Source of the DNA: an uncultured bacterium
Lineage (GTDB): Bacteria; Bacillota_I; Bacilli_A; RFN20; CAG-826
Length of the DNA stretch: 64,000 bases
Direction of reading: 5' to 3'
NCBI GenBank assembly: GCA_949300345.1
Contig: CASGDR010000001.1
Span: forward strand, 259,835-323,834
Positions 61,224 through 64,000 of the stretch are shown piece after piece. A program made the position numbers and the translations under genes. Positions within the stretch are counted from its first letter, which is position 1, and every line of letters starts with the position of its first letter. The notes under the pieces are model-generated. The model saw nothing but the letters and a program-made list of their open reading frames with translations, was not told the origin of the DNA and ran no database searches.

Positions 61224-61604
61224 ATGTACATAGTGTTCCTCCTACTTGGAATCGCCTTGGCCGCCTACCTGCTCACCGGCGTCTACCGCATTGGGGATGA
61301 CGAGGTGCTCTATTTCGTGAAATGCGGGAAAATCAAATCCGTCGGCAAGGGCTGGCATTACCGCCTCCCCATCCTCTATGTCCCTTGGAAGCGGATCAAG
61401 AATTCCACCGAGCGGATCGACTATGTCAGCAACTCCGGGGAAAAGATCAGCCTGGATGTGAAGATCATCGACGCGGAGACCTATTATAAAAAACGCTACG
61501 ACGTCCATTCCGTCATCGAGAAATCCCTAAAGCAATCCGATAAGGAAAAAGCCCTCAAGGAGGGGCTCTTCCAGATCGGGCTCGAAGCCACTATTCGACC
61601 GTAA
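61224..61604 (+). CDS. short SPFH/band-7-like membrane protein (possibly truncated)
   Basis: 126 aa. An N-terminal TM helix is followed by only the first part of an SPFH domain (YRIGDDEVLYFVKCGKIKSVGKGWHYRLPILYVP). Its 3' end overlaps the convergent glmS. Confidence 0.4.
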   Translation: MYIVFLLLGIALAAYLLTGVYRIGDDEVLYFVKCGKIKSVGKGWHYRLPILYVPWKRIKNSTERIDYVSNSGEKISLDVKIIDAETYYKKRYDVHSVIEKSLKQSDKEKALKEGLFQIGLEATIRP

Positions 61605-63369
61605 CGGCCTTGGCTAGGTTCCGCGGCTTGTCGATGGGCAAGCCTTTTTCATAGGCGACGTAATAGGAGAAGTATTGCCCGAAGACCACTTTGGTCAAGG
61701 GGGCCAAATAGGGTTTGATCTCCTTGGTGAGGAAGGCATCGGTCCCATTGGAGAGGGAGGCGTTGCAGACGATGAAGGTCTTGGCCCCGCGGGCCTTCAG
61801 TTCCTCGATGTTGTTCCTTAGCTGCAGGGCGATAGCAGGAGATGAGATAAGCCCGATGACCGGGGTATCCTTTTCGATCAGCGCGATCGGCCCGTGCTTG
61901 AGTTCCCCGCCGGGATAGGCTTCGGCATGGATATAGGAGATTTCCTTCAGCTTAAGGGCGCATTCGAGGGCCGCGTTGTAATCACTGCCCCTACCGATAT
62001 AAAAGAGGGAGGGCGCCTTGATGACTTCCTTGGCCAGCTCATGGATGGCCTCCTTCCTCTCGATGATGTCCCTGACCGCATCGATGAGGGCATCAAGATG
62101 GGTCACGGCCGAATGCGAACCGGTGAGGGCTCCTAGAAGCAAGGAGAGGAAGCCGACCTGGGCCATGTAGGTTTTAGTGGCGGCCACCCCGACCTCGAGA
62201 CCGGCATAGATGAGGCAGCCATACGTGGCTTTCCTATCGAGGGTCGAACCCTTGGAATTGGTGATGGCGATGTTCTTGAGGCCTTCGGCATTGACGATTT
62301 TCTGGCAGGCCACGATGTCGGCGGTTTCCCCCGACTGGGAGAGGAAGATGTATAGGGGCTTCTTGGAAAACCTCTGGGGGCGATAGGCCCATTCGCTGGC
62401 GATATAGGCCGTGGCCCGCTTGCCCATGTAGTTGAGGAATTCGACCCCAAAGAGGGAGGCATAGTAAGAAGTACCGCAGGCGATGAAGACGACCTCATCG
62501 GCCTTGCGGATGGACTCGAGCATATCGGGGTTGAAGGTATACTCCCCATCCACGCAGTAGTTGTCGGCCAGACGGCGGAGCACATATGGGGCTTCCTCGA
62601 TTTCCTTGAGCATGAAGTGCTCATATCCGGAGATGTCATAACGGAAGTCATCCACGTCCCTTTTGACAAATTTAGGCGGGATTTGACGGTGGTTTTTGAA
62701 TAGATGGAGTTCCGACTTGGTCATATAGCCGTATTCCATGTCATCGAGGTCGACGAACTTGTCGGTCAGATGCATCATCGGCACGCAGTCGGAGGCAAGG
62801 AAATGTCCCTGCTCGCTTACCCCGATCAGAAGCGGGGAGGCCTTCTTCATGAAATAGAGGCGTTCTTCCTTATCCAATATGATGGCGGTGGCATAGCTGC
62901 CCTCTAACTCATCCATGGTGTTTTCGATGGCCTTGATGAAGTCCTTCTTCCCATTTTGGATATAGTGGTATTCCAATAGATCGGCGATGACCTCGGTATC
63001 GGTCTGGGTACGAAAGGTGTATCCGCGGCTACGCAATTTGGTCTTCAGGGCCCTGAAGTTTTCGATGACCCCGTTATGGACGATGTGGATCAGGGCATTC
63101 ATCGAAACCTGCGGATGGGCATTGATCTCGTTGGGAACGCCGTGCGTGGCCCAGCGGGTGTGCCCGATGGCGATGTCGGCCCCTTGGAAATCCGGAACCA
63201 AAGCATCGAGCTTTTCGACGGTACCTTGGGTCTTGATGAGATTGATCTTCCCGTTTAAGCGATAGGCGATGCCGGCTGAGTCATAGCCCCGGTAATCGAG
63301 TTTCTTGAGTCCGCCTAGGATGTAAGAACGGAAATCGGCGTTACCGATTCCCCCAACTATTCCGCACAT
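61591..63369 (-). CDS. glmS: glutamine--fructose-6-phosphate aminotransferase
   Basis: Start taken at MCGIVGG, which has a GGGAGG RBS, rather than the ORF-track start at 63429. The product has an Ntn-amidotransferase domain and two SIS domains and ends ...AKAVTVE. Confidence 0.9.
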   Translation of the reverse strand: MCGIVGGIGNADFRSYILGGLKKLDYRGYDSAGIAYRLNGKINLIKTQGTVEKLDALVPDFQGADIAIGHTRWATHGVPNEINAHPQVSMNALIHIVHNGVIENFRALKTKLRSRGYTFRTQTDTEVIADLLEYHYIQNGKKDFIKAIENTMDELEGSYATAIILDKEERLYFMKKASPLLIGVSEQGHFLASDCVPMMHLTDKFVDLDDMEYGYMTKSELHLFKNHRQIPPKFVKRDVDDFRYDISGYEHFMLKEIEEAPYVLRRLADNYCVDGEYTFNPDMLESIRKADEVVFIACGTSYYASLFGVEFLNYMGKRATAYIASEWAYRPQRFSKKPLYIFLSQSGETADIVACQKIVNAEGLKNIAITNSKGSTLDRKATYGCLIYAGLEVGVAATKTYMAQVGFLSLLLGALTGSHSAVTHLDALIDAVRDIIERKEAIHELAKEVIKAPSLFYIGRGSDYNAALECALKLKEISYIHAEAYPGGELKHGPIALIEKDTPVIGLISSPAIALQLRNNIEELKARGAKTFIVCNASLSNGTDAFLTKEIKPYLAPLTKVVFGQYFSYYVAYEKGLPIDKPRNLAKAVTVE

Positions 63370-63370
63370 G

Positions 63371-64000
63371 TCAATTTCCTCCCAATGATTCGACGACGAA
63401 GTCGACCGCTTTGGCGCAGGTCTCCTCATCGATATGCTCGGCCATCACGCGCAACAGAACTTCGGTGCCCGAGGGGCGGACCAATAGCCTTCCGTCTTTG
63501 CCAAGCAGTTCTTCGGCTTCCTTGATGGCCTTCTTCGTCTTCTCGGAGTTAAGGGCATCTTCAAGATCTTTGCGTCCATCGAAGGAAATGTTTTTAAGGA
63601 TTTGGGGATAAACGACAAAGTCATCGAGTTTCTGATAGATGTCAGGGTGATTGACGAAGATATCCAAGAAAAGCAGGGCCGAGAGGATGCCGTCCCCAGT
63701 ATTGAGGGCCGGGGCATAGATGACATGGCCGGATTGTTCGCCGCCTAGACTAAGCTTATGCTCGCGCAGAGCCAGCTGGACGTTGCGGTCCCCTACCGAA
63801 ACGGTCTCATAGGCAATGCCTTCCTTTTCGAGGGCTTTTCTTAAGCCGTAGTTGCTCATCACGGTGATGACCACGGTGTTGTTGGCTAAACGCCCTTCTT
63901 TCTTCAGTTTGAGGGCAAGCAGATAAATCAAGGCATCCCCGTCGATGACCCTACCGTCGGGAGCTAGGCCGATGAAACGGTCGGAATCCCCGTCGAAGCT
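63371..64000 (-). CDS. glmM: phosphoglucosamine mutase, C-terminal portion (gene continues beyond window end)
   Basis: The frame is open to the window edge. The C-terminal half matches GlmM (...SGHVIY...LVRPSGTE...). Confidence 0.8.
   Translation of the reverse strand, partial: SFDGDSDRFIGLAPDGRVIDGDALIYLLALKLKKEGRLANNTVVITVMSNYGLRKALEKEGIAYETVSVGDRNVQLALREHKLSLGGEQSGHVIYAPALNTGDGILSALLFLDIFVNHPDIYQKLDDFVVYPQILKNISFDGRKDLEDALNSEKTKKAIKEAEELLGKDGRLLVRPSGTEVLLRVMAEHIDEETCAKAVDFVVESLGGN

Overview
This window is a dense, almost entirely minus-strand chromosomal segment from a Firmicutes/Bacilli-like bacterium with about 50% GC. The small PASTA-less PrkC and the absence of def/fmt and rsgA from their usual positions are compatible with a reduced, possibly wall-less lineage; this is a guess from the sequence only. 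Housekeeping content, left to right: an M20 dipeptidase (partial), coaX plus an ECF S-component, leuS, the glycogen genes glgC-glgD-glgA, and rpmB. These are followed by a conserved Bacillus-type cluster read right to left: gmk, priA, a DUF protein, an rsmB-like gene, rlmN, stp, prkC, rpe. Further right are rqcH, a choline-kinase-like phosphotransferase, and a VanZ-like protein with a large extracytoplasmic insert. A complete F1Fo ATP synthase operon (atpI-B-E-F-H-A-G-D-C) follows; its last gene is an ATP-grasp ligase and a cation/proton antiporter lies upstream. Then come a PPi-type phosphofructokinase, a TGS-uridine kinase fusion, an addB-addA operon with an unknown third gene, glpK, pepP and yigZ. 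The most unusual feature is a 2392-aa, highly acidic, N-terminally membrane-anchored giant protein at 44843..52021. It is divergently paired with a zinc-ribbon CPBP intramembrane protease, a TraX-family protein and thioredoxin. The remainder holds tRNA-Asp and tRNA-Gly, membrane proteins (NERD, RDD), deoD, a YhaO/YhaN-like nuclease-ATPase pair, an SPFH fragment, glmS and glmM (partial). I saw no CRISPR array, IS element or prophage. Other notable points are a catalytically degenerate RsmB paralog, a Na+-type AxAxAxA c-subunit, and pervasive translational coupling (ATGA overlaps).
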